From Nemertoderma westbladi (Eukaryota > Animalia > Xenacoelomorpha), in assembly GCA_032718475.1 (NCBI GenBank), contig JAUCBJ010006007.1:1-49427 (forward strand): a DNA stretch of 49,427 nt, written 5' to 3'. How positions within the stretch are numbered: the first letter of the stretch is position 1; each line of letters starts with the position of its first letter. Both the position numbers and the translations under genes were made by a program. Shown here piece after piece: positions 1-11,656 of the stretch. The notes under the pieces were generated by a model that saw nothing but the letters and a program-made list of their open reading frames with translations, ran no database searches and was not told where the DNA came from.

Positions 1-1167
1 TGCCGCTTTTGCCTCTGCCGCTGCCGCTTTTCTTTCTGCTTCTGCCACTGCTGCTATCTTTCTGTCTTCTATACGCTTTTTCCTTAATTGTTCTTCCTTT
101 TCTCTAGCGATGCGGAGTTGTTCATCGAATTTAGCTTGGTTCGCCGCTAACCTATCCACATCAATCGCATCTAACACAAGTTTGGCTCCTTCGCTATTAG
201 GGCTAAGTCCCTCTAGCCTTCTCCTCAACTCTTCATCTCCCACAAAACGCTGATAGTCTGACAGATAGATATCAATGGCATCCTTCTTATGCGGTTTCTC
301 TGCCGTCGCTTCACTTTCCACTTGGGAGAAAGTAGCGTCTGTTGATTCTCCATGGGTTGAGCGCTCCTCCAACTGAGCTTTCCACTGAGCTGCTCCTTGA
401 ACCTGGTGACTCACCCTTTGAAACCAAGTCTTTACGGCAACTTGCAACGACGTGTCTTGCTTTCGTTTAGAAGCCTCCTCAAAGGCGGATAAGATTAGCC
501 TAATCCGCAGAACTCTTTCTCTAACTTGATAAAGCAGCGATCCCTGCTCTTGAGGTCCTTGAGGTTGTTGAAAAAGTTGCTTTTCTATTCGCTCCATAGA
601 GCTGAAGAATCCCTGTGCGTATCCGGCTGCGGACCTCTTCCACACAGCTGGATCGATGGTTTCCTTGGCTACTCCCATCCGGTGTATGTCTTCCCAGGCA
701 GCTTCTGATAAATCAAACGGGAGTCCGGGTCCGGGGAAGTTCCATTGCGACTCGACAATAGACTTCAGTTCTTCACTAGTGTAGCCCGCGTAGCTATCTC
801 TAGTTGTCCGTTGACTCCTTGCCCAATCGATCTGGTGTTCTTCCACCGCGATCAATAACCCAGCGAGCACGGCTGCAGGAAGGATGAGAAGGGGATCCGT
901 ATAAACCGCATCCGTCATCTCTGCTCCGCTCTCGGGTGTCAGCTCTACAGTATCCTCACTACTGGAGCTGCTGGGCCGCTGAGGAATAAGTTCTTGACTA
1001 GCGGGTTGTTGCTGTTCCGCCGCTTGTTGGTCCCGCTTGACCTGAGCTCGGGTGCCTATGATAGACCTACGATGTTGGACCAGCCTAGGTTCTGTTATTA
1101 CTACTGGAGGGATGACTTTCCTCACAGTGGGAGGTGAACTGGATTTACGACCAGACAGTGTACTTCT
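1..1167 (-). CDS. Long ORF running off the window edge, probable gag-like/ORF1 protein of an LTR retroelement (not in the ORF track)
   Basis: Manual translation of the minus strand shows 389 stop-free codons from an in-frame TAG (1168-1170) to base 1: ...MTDAVYTDPLLILPAAVL...EEQLRKKRIEDRKIAAVAEAERKAAAAEAKAA. The end is coiled-coil-like. First in-frame ATG is at 918; an upstream ATG at 1232 is out of frame. The gag call rests on context (long leader, PBS-like site, LTR-like segment), not on a recognised domain. Confidence 0.5.
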
Positions 1168-2559
1168 CTATCTGAGTCGCAGATAGTTACATCTAATAAA
1201 CTGTCTGACAGGTTCTGCTTAGTATCAGACATGACTATGTATACCGTTGAATGTCTACTGCTGTATTACAGTCTGAGTAAGTCTAGTAACTCAGTATTAC
1301 CTGCTAGCCTAGTAATTAATTACCGGTACTGCTACTCAGTGTAGCGTGATATATATATATATATTAGAATACCGGTATACTTATAGTATATATAACTATA
1401 TAAGTATTATTACAGACTAGGTTTATCACAGAATACCGGTATAATTTTAGCACAAATATATATAAATATATAATAGGCCTATCGGAATACCGGTATACAG
1501 CTTACAGTTTGTAGGATATATAATTCTGAAATAGAATTAATTACAAGTACCGGTATAATTTCAGCCTAGATTTATAGAAATAAAGATAATAGGCCTATCG
1601 TAAATACCGGTATATCAATTATTTCAAATAATTGAATTTCTGTTACTTTAGGGTTACTTTGTTACTTTACTTACTTTATTACCGTTATTTGAGCAGTAAT
1701 CCAACTGATATTGAGACCTAATGGTTGTATGGTAGGCCTACGATTTATAAATCGTTAGATTTGATTTATAATATATATATACCCGTTTTAATGGGTTTTG
1801 TCAATGTTTGAAATAAATGTTATTATTTCTGGGGAGTAATCACTACACAAAGCGGTGCGCTTTCAGTGAAGTGTTACGTACAGGACACTAAAACAAATAA
1901 TACTAATTTACCTAAGTTACTTAATACTACAAATTACGTACAATTCGGGTTGAGATTACAATCTCTAAATAAACACAAAAATTTACAAAAACGCAAAATA
2001 CGAATTTTTAGGGTAATTTTACAAGAAGTCTACAAACCAGCCTAACAAAGGGTTAGAAAACCGGTTATTACACGGACAGGGTACTACGGTATTTGAAATA
2101 ATAAGTAGTAGTAAATACACTGCGTTGTCTAGATAGGAAAATACCACCGCCTGACGACCTATAGCCGTATCGCTATAGGTTCTACGTTATGTATCACGGA
2201 GTGTTCCTACCTAGAAGTTAATAGAGCTAATCGAATGTGCCTATCAACCACTTTACAACACAAATATAATGCCTACAATAATTACTTCGGAAAGTACGGT
2301 ACACTAAACCCTAAATTAGGTACGAGTACTTGTATAACAAATAATCAGTAGTTAAATATACTTGAACAGCTAAAAGAACCACGGCATCTGCTGGAGTGAC
2401 CGATGCACAAAATCACCAGTCTTTACCTACGCCGAGCAGCCCGTGTAGTACCGGGGTTAATTTAACTATAACGGTATGTATAACAAACACAATTACTGTA
2501 GGAACAAACTTAGGGACTTGAATGTTGCGAATAATCGCATAAACTCTGAATAATAAATA

Positions 2560-3120
2560 TTACGCAACGCGTACAAACTACTTAAACAAAATGCAGACTA
2601 AATACTGACAGACTACTATCAAGCCTAAACAAACCACGGTATATGCAGACTCCGAAACGATTAGGGAGTATGCGTTCTAACCCAGTAGTACGACTTATTC
2701 CTTAATTGAGGGTTTACCTTACTGCATTGGCTGCCTCAACTTCCTAACCTTACTTAATCGGACAGATGCTCTACACACACTACAATCCGTTCAGACTTAA
2801 TAACAGCCAGACAACTATCCAGCCTACAAATTATTTAAATAAAATTATACGCTACCCGTACAGACTTACACAAACAAAGTACAGACTAAACGATGGCAGA
2901 CTACTCTCAAGCCTAAATAAACTACGGTATATGCAGACTCCGAAATGATTAGGGAGTATGCGCTCTAACCCAGTAGTGCGACTTATTCTTTAGTTGGGGG
3001 TTTACCTTACAGCGTGGCTGCCCCTACTTCCTAACCGTACTTAATCGGACAAGTGCTCTACACACACTGCAATTCGTTCGGACTTAACAGCAATCAGACA
3101 ACAGCTCAGCCTACAAATTG
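2560..3120. repeat. Two-copy ~288-bp direct repeat in the putative retroelement leader
   Basis: CGGTATATGCAGACTCCGAAA occurs at 2637 and 2925, and similarity continues across both copies. Confidence 0.9.
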
Positions 3121-3496
3121 TCTGTACAATCTGATCAGGTTTACACGCCTTCTGTTCAATACTGGCCTACAAACAAATAAAACTTGACAGAAATAAGTAA
3201 AAATCTCAATAAAAACCAGGGCTGCAGTCCCTGATTAATTATTAAGGCCTACTGGTATATAACAATCAAAATCGAATAATACTGCTGTAGGTACCGGTCC
3301 GGATGATCAGGCAGTCAGGCCTACTGGTTACCGGTCGACCGGTACTTTCGACTTTATTGCTTACTGCAATAAGAAGCTATATCCTTTAATGTTCGCGCTT
3401 TCAGACCTTTGGCAGTTTAACCCGCCAAATTAGAATGTCTTCTAGATAATAAATCTGCTTTTTAGTCTATGACAAGTATTTGATTCACTACACTAG

Positions 3497-3520
3497 TCGA
3501 AACCAATCCGTGCGCGACCA
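3497..3520 (-). promoter_or_regulatory. Candidate primer-binding site (initiator tRNA-Met-like)
   Basis: Minus strand TGGTCGCGCACGGATTGGTTTCGA resembles the complement of the tRNAi-Met 3' end (TGGTAGCAGAGGATGGTTTCGA), with several mismatches. Confidence 0.3.
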
Positions 3521-4594
3521 TTCACCCGCTGGATATTCCCGGGAGATTGGGTTCGACGGTTTAATTTTTATTGCTATGTAAGCCTAATGTATTATTCGAC
3601 TGACAGTATTATATAATCTCTGACAATATTATTCACCTTCGGTAATATTAACAGTTCCTTTAGGACGTGGCGCTTTATCTACATAAACAGAGTTATGACT
3701 TAAACTACTCGCAACGATATGGCTTAATTATAATCCACATATATGGCGCATTCTTTAGGAATTGCTTCTTTAACAGACTCACTCATACACTATGCTGCAC
3801 AATACTGCACACTAATCTGCCAATCTTCACTGATTTTAGTCACATATAAAAGGAACACAGGCTGACTCATGTAGGGTCTATCAAATAACATTAGATTCAC
3901 TTCAAACCACTTTAACATAAGTCACAATCGTTATTGGTAACCTTTCTCTCTTACCTTCGGTATATCAAGAATATTGGGTTGCGGGGTTATTTATCGTTAT
4001 TCCAAATATAATTATTCATCAACCATATTATGAAGAACTGACAGCAAATAGCAGTATAAAACAACAAGTCAGTACCGGTATGTCAGTGCACATAGGCATG
4101 AGATATTCAAGTAGTCAGTTGTTTTGAATATATCAATCAGTTAAAGGATATATGCCCTTTATAATTAAACCTACCAGTGTACGACTAAAAAGCAGTACAG
4201 CACAAAATATTTCTAAGCCGTTCTTTCTTTGGCTCAAGACTGAATGTAAGCACTGCACATAGGCATTGCGTCATTTCTCGGAAATTCTCTGTACAAGGAG
4301 CCACAAAAACGCTCTCATTGGCTGACTGAACTGAGAGACGCCGTAGAACAAAGGAAATCAACACGTATGAATGTCAGCTGTTAACCGTAGTCATAGTAAC
4401 TACTGTTCAAGAGTAGCTATCACCCTTTTGCGTCACGAATTGCCATAGAATCATAAAATATACCTTTCACAGTACACATACGGAGGAAATAGGTCTTAGA
4501 TCCTCTAAAAACACAGATACAGCAATAATACGGTCTCTTACACTTATTAAATCAACTACGGAGTATTTTAATGTAAAAGATAATAAAAATAACG

Positions 4595-5306
4595 GGGCAA
4601 TTCAGCAAAGGCTTTTACAGCTGCTAAGGAGGTTGGATTGCATATAAATGCTACCAAGGCCGAATTCATCACCTTTAATGTTGATGGAAACTTGACAACC
4701 ATTGATAATAATCAACTAAGGAAGGTCGATGACTTCCAGTACCTTGGATCATGGATAGAGAGTAGCAAAAAGGACAGTTAGATAAGCAAAGGCTTGGATA
4801 GCTCTATCAAAAATGGATACCATCTGGAAATCAGAACTCTCCAGGCTCCTGAAGACTAAGTTCTTTCGAGCCACAGTGGAAAGTGTATTTTTATACGGGG
4901 GTGAGACCTGGGCACTGACTAAATCACTTGAACAACGAATTGATGGTTGCTACACAAGACTACTAAGGGCAGCCCTAAACATCAGCTGGAGACAACACAT
5001 GACAAACGCCGCGCTTTATGGTACAATACCAACTGTATCAACCACCCTCCGTGAACGCAGATTAAGATTCAGTGGGCACTGCTGGCGAAGTAAAGAAAAG
5101 GTCATACCAGATCTACTTCTCTGGCAACCAACTCATGGAAAGCGTAGTCGTGGACGACCGGCCATAACATATATAGATCAACTTGAAAGGGATACTGAAC
5201 TTGGGAGAAACGAAATTGCGAGAACTATGGAGAATCGGGAAGGCTGGAAGCCTGGAAGGATCTCATTTCCACTGTCCGAGTTTGCTCGACCTAGTAGTAG
5301 TAGTAA
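4595..5306 (+). mobile_element. 5'-truncated RTE-clade LINE, family A (C-terminal RT region, degenerate)
   Basis: Encodes AKEVGLHINATK..., then after a stop/frameshift ORF 4813-5364 (FFRATVESVFLYGGETW...RRLRFSGHCWR...RGRPAITYIDQL), typical of RTE C-termini. Ends in a (TAG)n tail at 5292-5306. The protein is clearly different from family B. Confidence 0.88.
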
Positions 5307-5650
5307 CCTTGGTCACAATGGGGACATTAGGAGACCAGGATTTCAAATCTATAAACATATCTGAATTCCGTTTAGAAATAGCTGTAATGTGACATATAAA
5401 AAATAATGTATGATATTATGTATGACGGAAACTCCATTACATATACTTACTTATTTACACATTACTGTATCAAATAGAACGCCAAACAACAACCGAGATG
5501 ACATCGACAGTTAAGTGGAGGTCAATGTGACAGAGAGGATGGCAGCAGCGAGCAATGGTATTTAAAGAGATGATGGTGGCAGCTGTAATTTGGAGTAAAT
5601 TATTTGTAAAGAATCTTATTTTTTGTTTAACTGTAGCATTTAAATATCTA

Positions 5651-6135
5651 CCACTACTACTACTACGATCGGCGTTCTGCATTGCAGCTGCATTATATAT
5701 ATATATTACATATATACAGTATTAAGAATGCTGTGCCGGCTTGACGACAAAATTGCGCCGCCACAACTCCCTATCAACCATGACATTTGATAGATCATCT
5801 GCATTTTCAAGGTCAGTGTCCTTTAACATGCGTCTCAAGAATGTCATGGGCTTATGCACTCCATGAGGGCGCCAAAGCACAAGATTATGCACTGGGTGGT
5901 CCTCACGGCGAAAGCAATGTCCTGCAAAGCGGAGGCTGTTCCGTTCAAGTGTCAAGCTAGGGGAGATTAATGGAGCACCTCCAAAGTTTTATAGTATCTG
6001 ATTGGAGATGTGTCCATTGTACTTGACACAATGAACCCGGCGCAGCATTCTAGTGAAAGTGAAATCCAGAGATTTGGTATCTTCTGCAGTTAGAGCCCAG
6101 CATGGACTCCCATATAAGAGTACTGGTACTACTAC
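5651..6135 (-). mobile_element. 5'-truncated RTE LINE, family B (diverged copy)
   Basis: ORF 5722-5955 (RFAGHCFRREDHPVHNLVLW...KPAQHS) matches the C-terminus of the RT at 28768-31132. It has the same 3' UTR (GCAGCTGCAATGCAG) and a (TAG)n tail, with a (TA)n insert in the UTR. Confidence 0.9.
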
Positions 6136-6139
6136 ATTA

Positions 6140-8660
6140 AGGTCAGGTCAGGTATTCTAGGTCATTGATCAAGAAAAATTGCCACCTCCATGCAGCATAA
6201 AGGAGGTGCCACCTGTAGCTGCATAGACCCTCTTACTAGGGCAAATCTGGTCCTGTTACTAGGACCCCCTTCGTTCTGGGATAAGGACGCCCTTGGTCCT
6301 GGATTAAGGACCCATATACTTGGCTGCAGGGGTATATGGCCTGGCCAGGCAGATGGTGATCTACCCTTGGCTGGTCAGGAGTAGAGTGTTCTCATGTCCA
6401 CTCTGAGTGCACTTTACTGCGACCTGCACCTGGCAGCAGGGGTGCACAGCCAATGGTGGGTCATGTGCGCCAGAGTAGATATGGGTGATGGGCCTCATAT
6501 CTGACTCCACTGCGACACCCACCCTGTGGAATGGCCAACCAGGGTGTGTTTTTTGCCCCGAGAGCTGACTCGGCAAAAAAAAGCACCCCCCAACCCCCAC
6601 TATGGATTACATTAGTAATGCGGAGGTCCAGCCACTAGAGGCCAGTGGAATGACTGGACACAATCGGCCTCACAGGCGTCAGTTATCTCCTGACCGGCTG
6701 CCTGTCTCACCCCCTACTGGAGAGAGAGCGGCAAACAATTCTTTGAGTCCCTTTCCTGATGACCTTTCTGGCCCAAACCCTGGGTCACCAGGGAGGCCAG
6801 ATTGTGAGGGGCAGAGGGATTCTGGAGTTGGAGGCTACTCTCATGTTCCACCCCGACCACCAACAAAGCCATTGGTGAATCTGAGGCAAGTCACTAGACT
6901 AGCCTCAGTAAACACCCTAACACTCGGGTCCCCAATGCGCAAAGGTGAACTGACTGCCTTGGCAGATAAGCTTTCTCTTAGTGCAGTGGGTGTTCAAGAG
7001 CACCGAATGCAGACTGGACAGACTGATGATGTTCAGATTAAGGACATGTGGGGCGGTTGGCGACTCGCCCTCGCTTCAGCAGATGATAGTGGCAATGGTG
7101 GAATTGGTCTATTGATGAATCCAACTGCACATGCAGCATTGGACAAAATAGACCAAATCTCTAACCGTATCATCCGTTGCCACTTCTCATGTTCTGGAAG
7201 ACTGGCTAAGAAGTTTCCTAAGGTGGTTCTGATTGTGTGCTACTCTCCAACTAGTGTTGCCCCTGTAGAGGAGGTGGAAAATTTATACCAGAATCTACAA
7301 GCAGCTACTGATGAGTGGATCAGCATGCATTCTTAACATTCCTGGGAGACTTTAATGCAAGTCTGCATCAATCACCTACATCGCCCTGGGTCTATAGTGA
7401 TAGTGTTAACCGAAATTCTGTCCATCTTCAGGATTTTATCTCTGGAAATGGATTGTTTTCGGCTGGAACCCAGTTCAAGAAGCGAACTGGAAAGCTATGG
7501 ACTCATAGTGGACCCAGTGGTCAGAAGTCCCAGATAGACCATATCCTGTTTCGTAGGAAATACAGGAGCTCTATACAAGACTGTAATGCATTTACACTAG
7601 AACACCGAAATCTGCCTTGCCGCGGCATGACTGGTCCTCTCTGTTGCAACAGCCAAGTGTGAGATCCAGCTTCACACTACAGCTGAGCAACAGGTATGAG
7701 GTTCTTGCCTCTGAGGCGGCAGATCACTGTGAGGGCTATACAGCCTTCACAGAGGCAGTTAAGTTAGGAGCTGCAGAAACAGTTCCTGTATACCTAACTA
7801 GTACCTAACTACTAATAGTTAGTACCTAACTGATCTAGACTTTGCTGATGACTTAGGAGTACCATGGCCTACGGAGAACTCTCAGAATCACTAAAGGGAG
7901 CCCAACGGCTCCTCAGCTAATTCGAACATGCTGCTTCTAGTGTTGGTCCTTTTATTAACTCCAGAAAGACCAAAATTTTGACAGTTAACTTTGAAAGTCC
8001 TCAGCAAGTCTCTGATCGGACGAGCATAAGCTCAAAGGATGGTATGCTTGAGCATGTGGACGACTTCTGTTACCTGGGATCATGGATCCAGAAGTCAGGT
8101 GAGGACCTTCGAATACGTAAGGGAAAGGCATGGGCAGCCTTGAATAGGCTTTCCAGGATTTGGAAGTCACCGAGAATTAATCGGAAACTTAAGGTCCGAT
8201 TATTTAGAGCAGCAGTAGTTCCATGCAGGGTTCTAACTGCTGAGGACACCAAATCTCTGGATGGCACATTCACAAGAATGCTACGCCGGGTTCATTGTGT
8301 CAAGTACAATGCACACATCTCCAACCAGACACTATATAACACTGGAGGTGTCTCATTGGTTCCCCCAAGCTTGACACTAGAACAAAATTGCCTCCGCTTT
8401 GCAGGACATTGCTTTCGCCGTGAGGACCAGCCCGTGCATAATCTTGTACTTTGGCAGCCTCATGGAGTGAATAAGCATGGTGGACAGCCCATGACTTTCT
8501 TGAGACGCATCTTAAAGGACACTGGCCTTGAAGATGCGGATGATCTAGCAAATGTCATGGGTGATAGGGAGTGGTGGCGGCGCAATTTTGTAAACAAGAC
8601 GGCACAGCATTCTTAAAAATACAGCTGCAATGCAGCATGCCGATACTAGTAGTAGTAGTA
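6140..8660 (+). pseudogene. RTE LINE family B with 5' UTR and APE endonuclease, inactivated by a frameshift and internal deletions
   Basis: ORF 6602-7336 has APE motifs (ASVNTLTL, VGVQEHR, GGIGLLM, VCYSPT). It frameshifts into GDFNA...IDHILF. Compared with the copy at 28768-31167 it lacks ~64 bp at ~7598, ~1.18 kb at ~7794 (most of the RT core) and 21 bp at ~8223. (TAG)n tail at 8648-8660. Confidence 0.92.
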
Positions 8661-9453
8661 GCCGACTACAATCGAACACAGTCGAAAATAGAAAGAGCGG
8701 AAAAAAATAACACATGTTAACCAACTTTTAGATAAAATAAGCCACGCGTTGCTTTTCTATACGAAAATTCCCGAAATTATTGAATAAAATTGTCGCGAAA
8801 TTAAATATTAATTTATTATCAGATCAGGCCTAGCCTAAGCCGACAACTAATAAATTAACTTAGTAGTAGGCCTAAGTTAATTGTGGTTAGCACCGGGACA
8901 GTGATCCGTAGGCCTACCGGTACCTGCCACTCTGCCAGGGTAGCTACCTAACCGGGACCCAGCTCTTTATATTACAGTGCAGCAGTAGGCAGGTAGGTAC
9001 CGGTACCGGTACCTATGTTGTACCGACGTGTTGTACCGTACTTCATGTACAGTACGTACGGTAACGGGCCTAACATCCTAATTCATATCCTCAGCAATCA
9101 ATCCCAGACAAAGCTATTCCAGTACACAGGCAAACAGGCCTATTAGCTAACCCGCTATTACTATATATGTGACAGACTGAACCCGGTAGGCTTCCCTACA
9201 TAGTTTGTTATGCAGTACACAACAAATAATAGGCCTACCTGATGATAAGAAAAGAATATTTAATTTCGCGACAATTTTATTCAATAATTTCGGGAATTTT
9301 CTTATAGAAAAGCAACGCGTGGCTAATTTTATCTAAAAGTTGGTACCCTGTGTTATTTTTTTGTGCTCTTTCTATTTTCGACTGTGTTCGATTGTGTTCG
9401 GCAGTTTTGGAGTGTGTTCGGGTGTGTCCTACTGTGTTCGCTTGTGTTCTGTA
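8661..9453. mobile_element. MITE-like element with ~170-bp terminal inverted repeats
   Basis: 8662-8833 is the reverse complement of ~9231-9402 (e.g. AGCCACGCGTTGCTTTTCTAT / ATAGAAAAGCAACGCGTGGCT). The left arm abuts the RTE tail and lacks the outer ~50 bp seen on the right. Confidence 0.75.
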
Positions 9454-10920
9454 AAAATAACTATCCTTAATATGACATGTTGCAAAATTTACCAAATTTC
9501 CCATTTAGATGTTTAATTTATTGTTTATTAAAAACTATTTATCTTCATTAATCAATTTATGTTACATTTTATTTTATGTTACATTACATTTGATAATACT
9601 CCAAACTCCAACTAAGGGCCTACACTAATTATGTTGTAAATGACTCACGTCTTTTTCCACATTTGTCATTTCTGTATGTCATTCAATATTCTCTGAACCC
9701 AGCAATAAAATTACCGCAGTCATGACAACTACGCTGTCTCAAACCATGATTGAAATAATCTTTAACAAGATCACCTATTCCAAATAAGAAATGCCATTTC
9801 ATCAAGGACACATGACAATCTAGGATACTTTTCTAAAACATGTTCTAATGAGTATTAGTTTCTTTCATAGAGTTTGTTGTAAATTTATCCCTAATAAGAC
9901 CAACAAAGGGATTGAATGGATTAACATTGTGATTTGGATGCTGATTTATGTGTGTTATATCTCAATGTAGTCGCCTACAACTTATTCCCCGGGCTATTTC
10001 CAGAGTTTATTTGTTCTGCTTATTATTATTATTAATTCTACTAGAAAGCCAACAAGCTGGCTGGAAGGAGCCCGGGGGAAGAATCATAGCCAAGACTATT
10101 ACAAAGTACTATGTCAGTCAGCAGTAAGTAAACTAAACAATTGTCTAAACTGTAAGGCGTGAGGCTAGCTGACTTTGTGGCTCGCCCCACATAATAAAAA
10201 ATGACACTTTGCTACCACTAACAAAAATATGATTATGAAGCAAATAATTTCATTATCAAGCAGGTTTACAAGTTATAAGATTACCGAATATTTATAAAAA
10301 ATGCCCATGATGCACAACCAGATAAATAACAACGAATAGAGTCAAATAATAAATTTAGTTTCCTTCTATAGGTATTACCCCGTCGTCAAGCGGAATTTCT
10401 CTTCCCAGTGAATCCTATGGGAATATGTAATATAGGTACTCCTGCTAAGTTTGGCGGTAGGCCAGAGCGGGCTCCTTAAATACATACAATAACTATTATA
10501 GGTCAACTACTGTATAAAACATTTTGCAATCCACAGTGAGTATCGACTGCAATAGGACACAACACATTGCTTTGTGTAACTAAAATTCATTCTCCTGATC
10601 CACCACCTAACATAGCAGAGTGAGTAACCTTATTGTAGATATACCCTTAGGAAGCACTGGGAGAGCAATCAGCTTATGGGGTAATACATTAGAAACCCAC
10701 AGCTTATGTGTGAGTAAACATTGCCTTTCCTTATAGCCTAATAGTAAAATTTGGCAACCAACACGTTTTACTATGACTGTGTATAATTCTGACATATTAA
10801 GCCATATTTCATCGTGAACACCAGCTGTTATTTTACCATTGCTTTTAATTTCGCGACAAAATAATTTCAAAAAACGAAATATATCGAATACCAAACATAG
10901 AATCAAAGTGGTAGGGGTTT

Positions 10921-11210
10921 GATCCTCTTTGCGACAGTTAGACCTAACTGACACCCATTGGGTGTCACATGACACCCTATTATCACCCTATGGGTGTCAT
11001 TGGGTGTCATTGGCGCCAGACTGTCTGGGTGACACCCCCTAATTAGGCTAATTAGACCCTAAGTGTCAGCAATTAATTAGCACAATTAAACCCTAATAGG
11101 TGTCTTATGACTCCTCATTAGGGTTTAATTGATTATTCTAATTAATCAGACCGATTAGCGCCCTGACACGCAATGGTCATCAGTGAGGTCTAACTGTCGC
11201 AAAGAGGATC
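10921..11210. repeat. Left terminal hairpin sub-element with a perfect 25-bp inverted repeat and multiple GACACC/GGTGTC motifs
   Basis: GATCCTCTTTGCGACAGTTAGACCT at 10921 pairs with AGGTCTAACTGTCGCAAAGAGGATC ending at 11210. Confidence 0.85.
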
Positions 11211-11568
11211 AAAGGGTGTCTGTCATAAGTGACACCGCAGCCCTTTTATTTATTAAATCTTATTTATTTGTATTTAATTTTAATCAATTATTTGTATTTA
11301 TTTTTAGATTTACCAATAATTAGTTTTCTATATTACTTTCTAAATGACCTCATTGACTTTCATCTCACTATACTTAGACATAGGGTATACAGCTCCCTTA
11401 CTGGTAACTAATTACTCTTATCTATATCCAGACAGCTTTATCGTTGACCTTTGACCTCCAATTAGCTTTAACCAAGCAACAGGTTTTTAATAATAGTTTT
11501 ATCCAAGCGCCCCGCCCCTTCTCGTGACACCTCTGATCACTAATTACTCTTACCTATATCCAGCCGTC

Positions 11569-11598
11569 TGCAGTTCTATAGCCTGCCGCTAGAGGGCG
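11569..11598 (+). promoter_or_regulatory. CTCF-like bipartite site (upstream TGCAG module plus core)
   Basis: TGCAGTTCT-8nt-CCGCTAGAGGGCG matches the CTCF core CCRSYAGRKGGCR plus the ZF9-11 upstream motif. Related copies at 13241-13270, 15896-15924, 18385-18414(-), 19598-19626(-), 41581-41609(-) and 41727-41755(-). Confidence 0.5.
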
Positions 11599-11656
11599 TA
11601 TTATCTGAAATTAACATCTTCTCTAACTTTGTTATTTTCATTCCGATTAGGTTTAA

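Larger units (their letters stand above)
1..4542 (-). mobile_element. 5' portion of a putative Gypsy-like LTR retrotransposon (LTR, PBS, ~2.3 kb leader, ORF1)
   Basis: The minus strand starts TGTAAGAG at 4542. It then has CCAAT (~4317), TATAAAGG (~4160) and AATAAA (~3570), a PBS-like motif at 3497-3520, a repeat-rich leader and a long ORF. No canonical ...CA LTR end next to the PBS, and no second LTR in the window. Confidence 0.4.

Noticed and set aside
5651-8660. Twin-priming 5' inversion of a single RTE insertion
   Set aside because: Both pieces have their own 3' ends and tails, overlap in element coordinates and differ at many positions.
9986-10080. Small inverted repeat TTCCCCGGGCT..TTCCAG / CTGGAA..AGCCCGGGGGAA
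   Set aside because: Too short and single-copy here to assign a function or family.
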